Of a DNA stretch of 64,000 nt, positions 1 to 10,105 are shown in pieces (positions within the stretch are counted from its first letter, which is position 1; each line of letters starts with the position of its first letter). The notes beneath the pieces are model-generated. The model made no database searches and was not told where the DNA came from. It was given only the letters and a program-made list of their open reading frames with translations. Where the stretch lies: NCBI GenBank assembly GCA_028280285.1, contig JANQMA010000026.1, positions 64,822-128,821 of the forward strand, given 5' to 3'. Both the position numbers and the translations under genes were made by a program. The stretch comes from Candidatus Omnitrophota bacterium (lineage in GTDB: Bacteria > Omnitrophota > Gorgyraeia > Zapsychrales > Zapsychraceae).

Positions 1-769
1 GAATATTGCCGAGATTAATGTTGGTGTTTATTGTTTTAAGGCGCAGGAGCTTTTTAAAGGCCTTAAATCGATTCAATTAAATACGAAGAAGAAAGAATTT
101 TATTTAACGGACATTATTGAACTCTTTACGGACAACGGACAGAAGGTTGCGGCTATTGAAACGGAAAATCCGGAGGAAGGTTTAGGCATTAATTCCCGTG
201 AGGATTTAGCGACGGCTGAGGCCGTTATTCGCAAACGTGTTTTACAAGATGTTATGGCGCAGGGCGTCACTGTGATTGATCCTAATTCAACCCATATTGG
301 GGCGAATGTTAAAATTGGACAGGATACCGTGATTAAACCTTTTACGGTGATTGAAGAGGATGTCAAGATTGGCAGTGGTTGTACGATTGGGCCGTTTGCG
401 CATCTGCGTCCTGGTGTGCGTATTGAGGATCATGTTGAGATCGGCAACTTTACAGAAGTATCACGGACAAAAATCGGGGCGAAAACACTGGTTAAGCATT
501 TCAGCTTTTTAGGCGATGCCACAGTCGGTAAAGGCGTTAATATTGGCGCTGGTGTTGTAACAGCCAATTATGATGGTGTCAGTAAAAATGCGACGAAAAT
601 AGAAGACAATGCTTTTATCGGTTCGGATGCGGTTTTAATTGCTCCGGTTAAAGTCGGAAAAAAGGCGACGGTTGGCGCCGGAAGCGTTGTAACGAAAAAA
701 GCTAACATTGCGGATAACACAACGGTCGTGGGCAGCCCGGCTAAAAAAGTAGAGAAAGGCAACGCATGA
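1..769 (+). CDS. glmU: GlmU, bifunctional UDP-GlcNAc pyrophosphorylase / GlcN-1-P acetyltransferase (5' partial, runs off window start)
   Basis: The frame of the 254..769 ORF stays open back to nt 2 and translates as an N-terminal nucleotidyltransferase-like sequence (EINVGVYCF...YLTD). The C-terminal part is a left-handed beta-helix with hexapeptide repeats. It is followed by prs, as in the glmU-prs-ctc-pth cluster. Confidence 0.85.
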   Translation, partial: NIAEINVGVYCFKAQELFKGLKSIQLNTKKKEFYLTDIIELFTDNGQKVAAIETENPEEGLGINSREDLATAEAVIRKRVLQDVMAQGVTVIDPNSTHIGANVKIGQDTVIKPFTVIEEDVKIGSGCTIGPFAHLRPGVRIEDHVEIGNFTEVSRTKIGAKTLVKHFSFLGDATVGKGVNIGAGVVTANYDGVSKNATKIEDNAFIGSDAVLIAPVKVGKKATVGAGSVVTKKANIADNTTVVGSPAKKVEKGNA

Positions 770-1713
770 ATGGTCTAGCGCTTATTGCCGGCAATGCCAA
801 TGGCGAATTAGCTCAAAAGATAAGTGACGAACTGGAAGTTCCATTGACGGACGTTTTGGTGTCGCGTTTTAGTGAAGGGGAAGTTAGGGTTGAGATTTTA
901 GAAAATATTCGTGGGAAAGATTTATTTATCATACAGCCCACATGTCCACCGACGAATGATAATTTGATGGAGTTGTTGATTATCATGGATGCGGCCAAGC
1001 GGGCTTCGGCCGATAGGATTACGGTGGTTATGCCGTATTATGGGTATGCACGTCAGGATCGTAAAGATCAGCCGCGTGTTCCGATTACAGCCAAACTTGT
1101 TGCCAATTTAATTGTCGCGGCAGGGGCTGACCGTGTTTTGACAATGGATTTGCATGCCAATCAGATTCAGGGGTTTTTCGATATTCCTGTGGATCACTTG
1201 TATGCCATTAATGAGTTGTGCAGTTATTTCAAATCAAAGGATTTGAAAGATCCGGTGGTTGTTTCCCCGGATGTGGGTGGTATTAAGATGGCCCGTGCGT
1301 ATGCCAAGCAGCTCAACGCAGGGTTGGCCATTGTTGATAAAAGGCGTTATTCACCGACGGATACGGAAGTGATGCATATCCTTGGTGAGGTGGAAGGCAA
1401 AACAGCTATTTTGGTTGATGATATCTGCGCAACCGCAGGATCATTGGTCGAGGCTATTGAGGCGTTAAAAAATGCAGGTGTCGGCGATGTGTATGCGACG
1501 GTGAGTCATGGTATACTTTCCGGACCTGCGATTGAGCGTATTCGTGGGTGCACTGATTTAAAAGAGCTGGTTATTACCGATAGTATTCCTCTCGCTGAGG
1601 ATAAGCAATCGGATAATATAAAGGTTGTTAGCATTTCATCGTTGATCGCAGAAGCGATTCACCGGATTCATGATGAAGAATCGATCAGTGTTTTATTTGA
1701 GGATAAGAAATAG
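766..1713 (+). CDS. prs: ribose-phosphate pyrophosphokinase
   Basis: 315 aa with the PRPP synthetase hallmarks (DLHANQIQGFF, VVVSPDVGG, ILVDDICATAGS). Its ATG overlaps the glmU stop. Confidence 0.9.
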   Translation: MNGLALIAGNANGELAQKISDELEVPLTDVLVSRFSEGEVRVEILENIRGKDLFIIQPTCPPTNDNLMELLIIMDAAKRASADRITVVMPYYGYARQDRKDQPRVPITAKLVANLIVAAGADRVLTMDLHANQIQGFFDIPVDHLYAINELCSYFKSKDLKDPVVVSPDVGGIKMARAYAKQLNAGLAIVDKRRYSPTDTEVMHILGEVEGKTAILVDDICATAGSLVEAIEALKNAGVGDVYATVSHGILSGPAIERIRGCTDLKELVITDSIPLAEDKQSDNIKVVSISSLIAEAIHRIHDEESISVLFEDKK

Positions 1714-1792
1714 ATTTGTTGTTAGTTGTCGGTTGATGGTTGTTGGTGATCCAAGCTCCAACAACAAACAACGAACAACCAACAACAATTAA
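1714..1792. repeat. imperfect palindrome, gttgtt-unit family (ttgttgttagttgtcggttgatggttgttgg ... ccaacaacaaacaacgaacaaccaacaacaa)
   Basis: It is an inverted repeat in the prs/rplY intergenic region and belongs to the same family as 15324-15397. Confidence 0.7.
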
Positions 1793-1821
1793 AATAACAA
1801 ACAAAAGAGACGGTAAATCAA

Positions 1822-2550
1822 ATGGAAGAAGTAAAGTTAGATGTACAGGTAAGAAAAATTGTCGGAACGCGTTCGGTTAAATCAACGCGTCGTGACGGGT
1901 TTGTGCCGGCTGTTGTTTATGGTGGGGGCAAACACGGACCGACATCGATTAAAGTTGACCGGCGTAATTATGAAAAAATAAAACGTGAGCATCACGGACA
2001 AAGTGTTGTTTTTCATCTTAATGTCCTTGAGGGCGATAAAAAATTACGCGATTACTCTGCGATCGTCAAAGAAGAGCAGTTTGAGCCGGTTTCCGAAGGT
2101 CTTTTGCATATCGATTTCAAACGTATTTCTTTAAAGGAAGAGATCGAGGTCAAAGTTCAGATCAAGCTTATGGGTGAGGCTGTCGGTGTTAAGCAAGATG
2201 GCGGATCACTTGATCAGGCGATATGGGATCTGGATGTTGTGTGTTTGCCGACTAATCTTCCGGAGGCGATTGAAGTGGATGTCTCTGAACTTCATATCGG
2301 GCACGGTATTCATGTTAAGGATTTGAAGCTTCCACAAGGGGTAACAACCAAACATGATCCAGACTCTATGATCGCATCTGTTGTTGCGCCTATGAAAGAG
2401 GCGGAAGAGGAACCAGCGGAATCTGATACTGATGCGGAACCGGAAGTCATTGGAGAAAAAGAGCGTCAAGAGAAGCGCGAGACTAAAGAGGCAGAACAAG
2501 CAGCTAAAGAACAAGACGCAGAGGCTTCTGAGTCAGAAGAAAAATCTTAA
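1822..2550 (+). CDS. rplY: 50S ribosomal protein L25 / general stress protein Ctc, with an acidic C-terminal tail
   Basis: The N-terminus carries an L25 family motif (VYGGGKHGPTSIKVD). Its position between prs and pth supports the call. The C-terminus is an E/K/A-rich extension. Confidence 0.8.
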   Translation: MEEVKLDVQVRKIVGTRSVKSTRRDGFVPAVVYGGGKHGPTSIKVDRRNYEKIKREHHGQSVVFHLNVLEGDKKLRDYSAIVKEEQFEPVSEGLLHIDFKRISLKEEIEVKVQIKLMGEAVGVKQDGGSLDQAIWDLDVVCLPTNLPEAIEVDVSELHIGHGIHVKDLKLPQGVTTKHDPDSMIASVVAPMKEAEEEPAESDTDAEPEVIGEKERQEKRETKEAEQAAKEQDAEASESEEKS

Positions 2551-2569
2551 ATAAGGCAAGGATATTGTT

Positions 2570-3148
2570 TTGTCTGATGTCCGGCTGATAGTTGGTTTAG
2601 GAAATCCGGGAGGTGATTATGAATACACACGTCATAATTTGGGTTTCCTGGTTATATGCCGGTTGTCTGAAAAAATCGGTTTTAAGTTAGGTTTAAGTTC
2701 TTTTACAAATGGTTTAACAGCGGAAGGTGAATACAAAGGCATGGCCTTGTGTTTGCTTATGCCTTTAACATTTATGAATAATTCAGGTAAAGCTGTTAAA
2801 CGGGTCATCGAAGCCAAAGAGATACAGCTGGGAAATATGATTGTTGTTAGTGATGATTTCAATCTGGACTTTTTGCAGTTGAGATTGCGCTCGAAAGGTA
2901 GTGATGGCGGTCACAATGGTTTAAATTCTGTTATAGCATCCTTAGGTAGTGAGAAGTTTTCCCGATTACGTATGGGAATAGGATTGCCAAAGGACGGCGT
3001 GCCGACGGTAGATTATGTGCTTCAGGAATTTACTAAGGCTGAAAGAGAAGACCTTGATGACTATGTCAATGAAGCTGTCGATTGCTGTCTGTTCTGGTTA
3101 GAAGAGGGAGCGGCGAGGGCTATGGAAAAGTTTAATCAAAAAAGGTAG
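2570..3148 (+). CDS. pth: peptidyl-tRNA hydrolase
   Basis: TTG start; the N-terminus LIVGLGNPG plus HNGLNS and GIG motifs mark it as Pth. Confidence 0.9.
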   Translation: MSDVRLIVGLGNPGGDYEYTRHNLGFLVICRLSEKIGFKLGLSSFTNGLTAEGEYKGMALCLLMPLTFMNNSGKAVKRVIEAKEIQLGNMIVVSDDFNLDFLQLRLRSKGSDGGHNGLNSVIASLGSEKFSRLRMGIGLPKDGVPTVDYVLQEFTKAEREDLDDYVNEAVDCCLFWLEEGAARAMEKFNQKR

Positions 3149-3156
3149 AACGAAAC

Positions 3157-3483
3157 ATGGAAAACGAAAAAATTAAAAAGTATGAACTTGTTGTTATTGT
3201 TGATGCGAATCAATCGTCTGATGCAAAAGAAGAGATTATCAAAGATGTTTCTGAAGAGGTAACGAAGTATGGCGCTAAAGTTATCAACAGTGACATATGG
3301 CTTGAAAAACAAAAGCTTTCCTTTGAAATCAAAAAATGCACAGAAGGAACATATTACGTAGTTAATTTTGAAAGTGACGGTTTGACGAATACAAAAATCA
3401 CACGCGCTTTGGAAATTAAAGAAAAAGTATTGCGTTTTATGATCGCGGTTGCTGAAGAAGCAAAAGTAGCAAAAGCAGCATAA
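3157..3483 (+). CDS. rpsF: 30S ribosomal protein S6
   Basis: 108 aa in the rpsF-ssb-rpsR arrangement, beginning YELVVIVDANQ, which is S6-like. Confidence 0.85.
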   Translation: MENEKIKKYELVVIVDANQSSDAKEEIIKDVSEEVTKYGAKVINSDIWLEKQKLSFEIKKCTEGTYYVVNFESDGLTNTKITRALEIKEKVLRFMIAVAEEAKVAKAA

Positions 3484-3530
3484 CAGTTAATTTAAAACAT
3501 CAATGAGAGTGATTGGTAAGGAGGAGTAAA

Positions 3531-3974
3531 ATGGCGAATTTAAATAAAGTATTTTTAATTGGGAATCTGACAAGAGATCCAGAGTTAAGATATACGCCAG
3601 GTGGAACAGCCGTAGCTAATTTAGGTCTTGCGGTGAATCGTAAATTCAAAGATAGTACGGGTGAATTAAAAGAGGAAGTATGTTTTTTAACCGTGACCGT
3701 TTGGGACAAACAGGCCGAAGCATGTTGCCAATATTTATCAAAGGGACGCCCTGTTTTTGTTGAAGGTGTTCTTCAGTCGCGTTTCTGGGAAACAAGTGAT
3801 GGACAAAAAAGAAGTGCGATCGATGTGCGCGCGGAAAGAGTTCAATTCCTCGGAGCGTATTCTAATGATAAAGGTAATGACACCAGTGAGGCAAATAAAA
3901 AAGCTGATGAGGCTTTAGCCGAAGTAACACCAGGTGAAGCAATTAAGCCTGAAGATATTGCGTGGGACGAATAA
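3531..3974 (+). CDS. ssb: single-stranded DNA-binding protein
   Basis: OB-fold SSB with motifs NKVFLIGNLTRDPELRYTPGG and FRAVVTVWDKQAE and an acidic C-terminal tail (DIAWDE). The start was moved to the ATG behind an AGGAGG RBS, inside the longer tracked ORF. Confidence 0.9.
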   Translation: MANLNKVFLIGNLTRDPELRYTPGGTAVANLGLAVNRKFKDSTGELKEEVCFLTVTVWDKQAEACCQYLSKGRPVFVEGVLQSRFWETSDGQKRSAIDVRAERVQFLGAYSNDKGNDTSEANKKADEALAEVTPGEAIKPEDIAWDE

Positions 3975-4059
3975 TATTGATTATCGAGAGATGTTATCCC
4001 ACCGTTTGCACAAGCGGTGGGATTATCCCACAACATCTCATAGCAAGGAGAGAAGCTAA

Positions 4060-4314
4060 GTGAAACGCACAACAAAACCAAAACCAAGAAGAAGAATTAA
4101 TAGGCTCAAAAATTCAGCTAAATACAAGTTAGCTCCAGACGCTGTTATTGAGTATAAGAACATTCCACTGTTGCAGAAATATATTACGGAAAGAGGAAAA
4201 ATCATTCCTCGCCGTATTACAGGGGTAACAGCGAAAGAACAGCGTCAATTAACGACAGCGATTAAGCAGGCAAGATTTCTTGCATTGCTTGAAACCGGAG
4301 GAGTTAATAAATAA
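4060..4314 (+). CDS. rpsR: 30S ribosomal protein S18
   Basis: GTG start behind an AAGGAG RBS. The S18 motifs are [19 protein letters not shown] and [14 protein letters not shown]. Confidence 0.9.
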   Translation: MKRTTKPKPRRRINRLKNSAKYKLAPDAVIEYKNIPLLQKYITERGKIIPRRITGVTAKEQRQLTTAIKQARFLALLETGGVNK

Positions 4315-4316
4315 TT

Positions 4317-4760
4317 ATGGAAGTTATTCTTATTAAAGATGTAGACAATTTGGGAAAGACAGGCGATGTGGTCAAAGTTAAAGATGGCTATGCCCGTAAT
4401 CGACTTCTTCCACAGAAACTGGCCTATGTGGCAACAGCTGGCAATTTGAAAAGAATTGAAAGGCTTGAAAAAAATCGTAAAGCACAATATGACGATGCCA
4501 AAAAACAGGCTCAAGAACTTGCCGAGAAAATTGCTAAGGCCTCACCGACGGTAAGTGTTGAGGTCAATGACTTGGAAAAATTATATGGTTCAGTAAGTGA
4601 AGTGGATATTGTTAAAGCGCTCGAAGTTGAAGGCTTTACAATTGATAAAAAACTAATCGTTATCGAAAAACCGATTGAAGAATTAGGTATTTTTGAAATT
4701 GATGTTAAACTTCATCCCGAAGTGACAGCCAAAGTGCGACTATGGGTAGCCAAGAAGTAA
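4317..4760 (+). CDS. rplI: 50S ribosomal protein L9
   Basis: MEVILIKDVDNLGKTGDVVKVKDGYARN is a typical L9 N-terminus. Confidence 0.9.
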   Translation: MEVILIKDVDNLGKTGDVVKVKDGYARNRLLPQKLAYVATAGNLKRIERLEKNRKAQYDDAKKQAQELAEKIAKASPTVSVEVNDLEKLYGSVSEVDIVKALEVEGFTIDKKLIVIEKPIEELGIFEIDVKLHPEVTAKVRLWVAKK

Positions 4761-6064
4761 AAGTACCTCCTCAAAATATCGATGCCGAAAAATCTGTTCT
4801 GGGAGCCATGTTGATTGACGATGAGGCTATCGGAACGGTTATCGAAATCGCTGATGAGTCGTGGTTTTACGATGACTCCCACCAAAAAATTTATCGTGCT
4901 ATTATTGATTTGTATAATGGCCGCAAGAATGTCGATCTTATAACTTTATCCGACAAACTTCGTGATGATAATGCCCTTGACAGCGTTGGGGGCGCATCCT
5001 ATTTATCCGAACTTATTGACGGTGTGCCGACTTCAGCCAACGTTGCGCATTATGCGCAGATTGTCAAAGAAAAGGGTATTCTTCGTCAGCTTATCCGCAA
5101 CTCCACCAAAATTATTAATGAAAGTTATGCGCCGAAGAACGCAATTGACGAAGTTGTTGATAATGCGGAGAAATTAATTTTTGAAATCGCGGATATGAAG
5201 CAGGCGCAGCAGTCGATTCATATTAAAGATGTGGTTAAAACCAGTATTGCGAAAATTGAGCATTTGTATCACCGTAAAGAGAGCATTACAGGCGTTCCGA
5301 CCGGCTTTGTGGATATCGATAAAATGACATCCGGTCTGCAGCCTTCAGATTTGATTATTGTCGCTGCACGGCCTTCAATGGGAAAGACGGCGCTGGCGAT
5401 TTCGATTGCCGAACATGTCGGGATTGATTATGAAGGTGGTGTGGGGATTTTTAGCCTTGAGATGTCAAAAGAGCAGTTGGTTCAGCGTATGCTTTGTTCA
5501 CAGGCGCGCGTGGATGCGCAAAAGGTACGGGGGGGATTCTTGCCTTCATCCGATTGGCCGAAGTTAACGAAAGCGGCCGGGCAATTGTCGGCTTCCAAAA
5601 TATATATTGATGACACGCCGGCTATCTCTGTGATGGAACTGCGTGCTAAAGCGCGCAGGCTTAAGGCCAATCATGATATCAATATGATTGTGCTTGATTA
5701 TATTCAGCTTATGCGAGGGCATAGTAAATCTGAAAGCCGACAACAGGAAATTTCTGAAATTTCACGAGCGCTTAAGGCGCTTGCGCGGGAATTGAATGTG
5801 CCGATTATTGCACTTAGCCAACTTTCACGTGCCGTTGAATCACGCCAGGACCACCGTCCACAATTATCGGATTTGCGTGAATCGGGGGCCATTGAGCAGG
5901 ACGCCGATGTGGTCCTTTTACTCATGCGTGAGGAATATTATAATCCCACCGAAGAAAACCGCAATAAAGCCGAGATTATTATCGCCAAGCAGCGTAACGG
6001 GCCTGTCGGCTCGGTGGAGCTGACCTTCATTAAAGAATTTGTCCGGTTTGAAAATCTTGCATAA
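4742..6064 (+). CDS. dnaB: replicative DNA helicase DnaB
   Basis: 440 aa with a DnaB N-terminal domain, Walker A (ARPSMGKTA), and the IALSQLSR and SDLRESGAIEQDADVV motifs. Confidence 0.9.
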   Translation: MGSQEVKVPPQNIDAEKSVLGAMLIDDEAIGTVIEIADESWFYDDSHQKIYRAIIDLYNGRKNVDLITLSDKLRDDNALDSVGGASYLSELIDGVPTSANVAHYAQIVKEKGILRQLIRNSTKIINESYAPKNAIDEVVDNAEKLIFEIADMKQAQQSIHIKDVVKTSIAKIEHLYHRKESITGVPTGFVDIDKMTSGLQPSDLIIVAARPSMGKTALAISIAEHVGIDYEGGVGIFSLEMSKEQLVQRMLCSQARVDAQKVRGGFLPSSDWPKLTKAAGQLSASKIYIDDTPAISVMELRAKARRLKANHDINMIVLDYIQLMRGHSKSESRQQEISEISRALKALARELNVPIIALSQLSRAVESRQDHRPQLSDLRESGAIEQDADVVLLLMREEYYNPTEENRNKAEIIIAKQRNGPVGSVELTFIKEFVRFENLA

Positions 6065-6068
6065 CTGA

Positions 6069-6097
6069 TTGACATCATTATTTTTCATCCGTATAAT
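6069..6097 (+). promoter_or_regulatory. sigma70-type promoter with perfect consensus (TTGACA, 17-nt spacer, TATAAT) upstream of bamA
   Basis: The sequence reads ttgaca tcattatttttcatccg tataat and lies about 50 nt upstream of the bamA ATG. Confidence 0.5.
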
Positions 6098-6146
6098 CAG
6101 ACCAACTGAAATGAAAGCCTATATAATCTAAATAGTTAGGATTTAT

Positions 6147-8459
6147 ATGAGAGTACTAGTACGTATTTTCTGCCTTTCGCTTTTTATAATTACATCTATT
6201 ACAGCTACAGGGTTTGCCCAAAATGCCGGCTCTTCATCAGACAAAAAAGTTGTTACGGCTATTGAAGTTGTGGGCAATAAGACCATCAGCATTGCAACGA
6301 TCCTCTCCAAAATCAAGACACGGGTTGGACAGAATTATCTGCAAACGGTTATCAGTGATGATTTGAAAAGGCTTTATAATACCGGTTATTTTGCCGATGT
6401 CCGTGTGGACCGTGAGGAGTTTGAAGGTGGTTTTAAAGTTGTTATCCTTGTCGATGAAAAGGCGATCATCGAAGAGATTACCTTCTCAAAGACCAAAAAA
6501 ATCCGTCCTAATGCCATCAAAAAGCAAATTAATTCCCAAGTTGGTAAGTTTTTAGACAACAAAGTTTTGAAAGATGATGTAAAAACAATCCGCGATATGT
6601 TCGATAAAAAAGGTATGTCGCTTGCCGAGGTCGAAGTAGAGACTTTTATCGACGATGTGACGAATAAGGTAAGTCTGCATTTTATTATTCGTGAAGGCTA
6701 TCAAGTCAAGATTGACAAAATTAATATCGGGGGCAATGCTTCTTTTAAGGACAGAAAACTTAAAAAACAACTTAAGTCAAAGACATCAAATATATTTAGA
6801 GGCGGGTATTTGAAGGAAGATCTATTAAAGGAAGATATGGAGCGGCTGACAGCGTTTTATGAGCAGAATGGGTATATTGATGCGCGTGTATCATACAATG
6901 TCGAACACCTTGTCAAAGGAAAGGTGTTGGTCAATATTAGTATAGAAGAGGGTAAGCGCTATAAAGTAGGTGATGTTTTTGTCGAAGGTAATGAAGTTGT
7001 CTCAGAGAAAGAAATCCGCCGTGCCATGCGGACGATTGAAGAAGGAAATATTTTTAGTCGTGAGAAATTGAAACTCGATGTGGCGAACATCCGCACACTT
7101 TATTTTGACCGCGGCTATATTTTTGCTGCGGTTAATGAAGCTTCATCTTTAGACGGTGAGACCGGGATGGTTGAGGTGAAGATTAATATTCAAGAAGGCG
7201 GACTGGCATACATTGAACGCGTTAAAGTGCAAGGTAACACACGCACAAGAGATATTGTTGTCCGCCGGGAATTACGTTTATATCCTGGAGACCGGTTTGA
7301 TGGTTCGAAATTAAGAAGAAGTAAAGAGCGTTTAAGCAACCTGGGTTATTTTGAAGATGTATCGTTTGATATTGAGGATACCGATACATTCGACCGTAAA
7401 AATCTTGTTGTTCAGGTCAAAGAAGCAAAGACGGGTTCGTTTAGTTTTGGCGGTGGATTTAGTACAGTAGACCGCGTTGTCGGGTTTATTGAAGTGGAGC
7501 AGCGCAACTTTGATATCACAAATTGGCCGACTTTTGTCGGGGGAGGTCAAAGACTTCAAGTACGCGCCGAAACAGGTTCAAGCAAAAACAATTTACTTCT
7601 CAGTTTTACCGAACCATGGGTCTTTGATCGGCCGATTTCTTTCGGATTTGATTTATATGCCCGTGACCGTGAGCGTGAAGATGATACCGGTTATGCGTAT
7701 GATGAAGAACGTGTTGGTGGGAAATTACGTTTGAGTAAACAGTTTGGCGAGTTTGATCGTGCAGGCATATCTTATAAATGGGAAGAGGTTGAAATTTCTA
7801 ATTTTGAACCAGGTGTGTCTGCCGCCCTGTTAGCGGAAGCCGGAACCAATGCGGTGAGTGTCTTCGGTATCAATTACACACACGATGAACGTGACAGTGT
7901 TTTTAATCCAAGAAAAGGTTGGGTTTTTAACTCTGGTTTTGATATTGCCGGTGGTATTCTTGGGGCAGATAAGGATTTTTATCGTGTGACGCTAGGGGGG
8001 AGTTACTATGTTCCTCTTGCGTATGATTCTGTCCTAGAGTTTAGGGCCCGTACCGGTATTGTCGATGCTTATGGGGACTCCAGCTCAGTACCTATTTTTG
8101 AACGGTTTTTCGCCGGTGGTGCCAGCAGCATCCGGGGTTATGAACAGCGTGGCGTCGGCCCGCAGGATGCCACCACCAAAGATCCTATTGGTGGGGAAAG
8201 CATGATTGTCTCCACAGTTGAGTACACTGTGCCGCTTCTTGATTTTCTTAAACTTGCGGTCTTTGTTGATAGTGGTGGTGTTTGGGAAAAGGTTGGCGAT
8301 TACGGCGACAGCGGATTTAAAACAGGCGCAGGTGTAGGCGCGCGTATTAAAACACCTATCGGCCCGATCAGTTTAGACTACGGTTATCCACTTAATGACG
8401 AGCCGGGCGAAGAAGACCAGTCCGGCAAATTCTACTTTAATGTAAGTCGAGGGTTCTAA
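6147..8459 (+). CDS. bamA: outer membrane protein assembly factor BamA (Omp85)
   Basis: 770 aa with a signal peptide, repeated POTRA-like units and a C-terminal beta-barrel ending in an aromatic residue (VSRGF). It is followed by skp and lpxD. Confidence 0.9.
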   Translation: MRVLVRIFCLSLFIITSITATGFAQNAGSSSDKKVVTAIEVVGNKTISIATILSKIKTRVGQNYLQTVISDDLKRLYNTGYFADVRVDREEFEGGFKVVILVDEKAIIEEITFSKTKKIRPNAIKKQINSQVGKFLDNKVLKDDVKTIRDMFDKKGMSLAEVEVETFIDDVTNKVSLHFIIREGYQVKIDKINIGGNASFKDRKLKKQLKSKTSNIFRGGYLKEDLLKEDMERLTAFYEQNGYIDARVSYNVEHLVKGKVLVNISIEEGKRYKVGDVFVEGNEVVSEKEIRRAMRTIEEGNIFSREKLKLDVANIRTLYFDRGYIFAAVNEASSLDGETGMVEVKINIQEGGLAYIERVKVQGNTRTRDIVVRRELRLYPGDRFDGSKLRRSKERLSNLGYFEDVSFDIEDTDTFDRKNLVVQVKEAKTGSFSFGGGFSTVDRVVGFIEVEQRNFDITNWPTFVGGGQRLQVRAETGSSKNNLLLSFTEPWVFDRPISFGFDLYARDREREDDTGYAYDEERVGGKLRLSKQFGEFDRAGISYKWEEVEISNFEPGVSAALLAEAGTNAVSVFGINYTHDERDSVFNPRKGWVFNSGFDIAGGILGADKDFYRVTLGGSYYVPLAYDSVLEFRARTGIVDAYGDSSSVPIFERFFAGGASSIRGYEQRGVGPQDATTKDPIGGESMIVSTVEYTVPLLDFLKLAVFVDSGGVWEKVGDYGDSGFKTGAGVGARIKTPIGPISLDYGYPLNDEPGEEDQSGKFYFNVSRGF

Positions 8460-8556
8460 TATCCCTCAAATTTTTAAATTGCCCCGCTTATTAATAAGTG
8501 ATATCATAGCGGATTAATTCACAATTGTAACAGGGTGATGATTAAAGGAGGAACAC

Positions 8557-9060
8557 ATGAAATTGAGTAAGTTTGTCTTAGTATTTATATTTATCCTATC
8601 TTTATTTGTTTCGACGCAGGCTAGTGCGGAAGAAAAAATAGGATATGTTGATTTAAGTATTTTATTTGACGAATACTATAAAACCAAAGAGTTTGACGCA
8701 ATGCTTGAACAAAAACATAATGGCTACGAAGCAGAAAAGCAAGCCAAGCTTGAGAAATTACAAGAAGCCCAAGGTAAGTTGGCGCTTCTCAAAGAGGATA
8801 AAAAAGCCGAGCTTGAGGGCCAAATCGAGCAAATGCGTGCCGAATTGGTTGAATATGATCAGCAGCAAAAAACAACGCTCACCAAAGAAAGAAACGAAAA
8901 AATTCGTGACATATTGCTTGAAATCGAGAAGGTTGTTAGCACCTATGCAGAAAAAGAAGAGTACTCTATTATCCTCAATGATAGGGTTTTAATTTACGGA
9001 CAGCAGACACATAATCTTACCGAAAAGATTTTGAATATTTTAAATGCTGGCCAGGAATAG
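8557..9060 (+). CDS. skp: periplasmic chaperone Skp/OmpH family
   Basis: 167 aa with a signal peptide and a coiled-coil K/E-rich body. It sits in the conserved position between bamA and lpxD. Confidence 0.7.
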   Translation: MKLSKFVLVFIFILSLFVSTQASAEEKIGYVDLSILFDEYYKTKEFDAMLEQKHNGYEAEKQAKLEKLQEAQGKLALLKEDKKAELEGQIEQMRAELVEYDQQQKTTLTKERNEKIRDILLEIEKVVSTYAEKEEYSIILNDRVLIYGQQTHNLTEKILNILNAGQE

Positions 9061-9073
9061 TAGGTTTTAGTTT

Positions 9074-10105
9074 ATGAAAATCACCCTGGCCGAAATTGCC
9101 AAGATAGTTGATGGTAAGGTTGTCGGTGATGAAAGTCTTACGGTTACGGGCCTCAGTGGTATCCAAGAAGCAGAAGAAGGCCAGTTAACTTTTATTGCCG
9201 ATAAAAAATTCACAACTTATCTTAAAGACACAAAAGCATCCGCCGTTATCGTTCCTCAAGGCTTTGCCCTAGACGATAAATCTGTTGTGCAAGTTGATAA
9301 TCCTTCTCTAGCATTTTCCAAAGTTATTTCTGCTTTATTTGAACCGTATACACCCTCATTTAAGGGGGTTGATCCAAAGGCATCTGTCGGTGCAGATGTT
9401 TCACTAGGTAAAGATGTTGTTATTGCTCCTTTTACGGTGATCGACGATGGATGTGTCATTGGTGATAATACGATTATTATGCCGGGAGGGTATGTTGGGC
9501 AAAATACACACATTGGCAGTAACTGTACAATTCATGCCAATGTTTCTGTGTATCATGATACGCGCATCGGCCATAATGTTATTATTCACAGCGGTACAGT
9601 GATTGGATCCGACGGTTTTGGTTATACACAGCAAGATGAGGCTCATCATAAAATACCGCAGATAGGTCATGTTGTTATAGAAGATGATGTTGAAATTGGG
9701 GCTAATGTGACGATTGACCGGGCCCGGTTTAATCAGACTATTATCCGGCGCGGCACTAAAATCGATAATCTTGTACAGATTGCTCATAACGTTGATATTG
9801 GCGAAGCGGCACTCATCATTTCGCAAGCCGGTGTTTCCGGCAGCGTTAATATTGGTAAAGGAGCAATCTTAGCTGGGCAGGCCGGCATTGCCGGTCATTT
9901 ATCCATCGGTGATGGTGCGATTGTCGCTGCGCAAGGTGGCGTGACAAAATCAGTCCCGTCAGGAGAAATGGTTTCCGGATATCCGGCCAAGCCGCACAAG
10001 GAGGCTCAGAAAGTCAACGCCGCACTGCAAAGATTGCCAGAGTATGTTAAAACAATCAGAGAATTAAAAAAGCGTGTGGACGAGTTAGAGAAGAAAGATA
10101 AATAA
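9074..10105 (+). CDS. lpxD: UDP-3-O-(3-hydroxyacyl)glucosamine N-acyltransferase
   Basis: 343 aa with hexapeptide repeats and an LpxD N-terminal domain, in the bamA-skp-lpxD context. Confidence 0.9.
   Translation: MKITLAEIAKIVDGKVVGDESLTVTGLSGIQEAEEGQLTFIADKKFTTYLKDTKASAVIVPQGFALDDKSVVQVDNPSLAFSKVISALFEPYTPSFKGVDPKASVGADVSLGKDVVIAPFTVIDDGCVIGDNTIIMPGGYVGQNTHIGSNCTIHANVSVYHDTRIGHNVIIHSGTVIGSDGFGYTQQDEAHHKIPQIGHVVIEDDVEIGANVTIDRARFNQTIIRRGTKIDNLVQIAHNVDIGEAALIISQAGVSGSVNIGKGAILAGQAGIAGHLSIGDGAIVAAQGGVTKSVPSGEMVSGYPAKPHKEAQKVNAALQRLPEYVKTIRELKKRVDELEKKDK

Noticed and set aside
8666-8992. 108-aa ORF in an alternative frame inside skp
   Set aside because: It is a K/S/R-rich translation of the lysine-rich skp coding region in another frame, with no RBS. 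The Skp frame has the signal peptide and the coiled coil.
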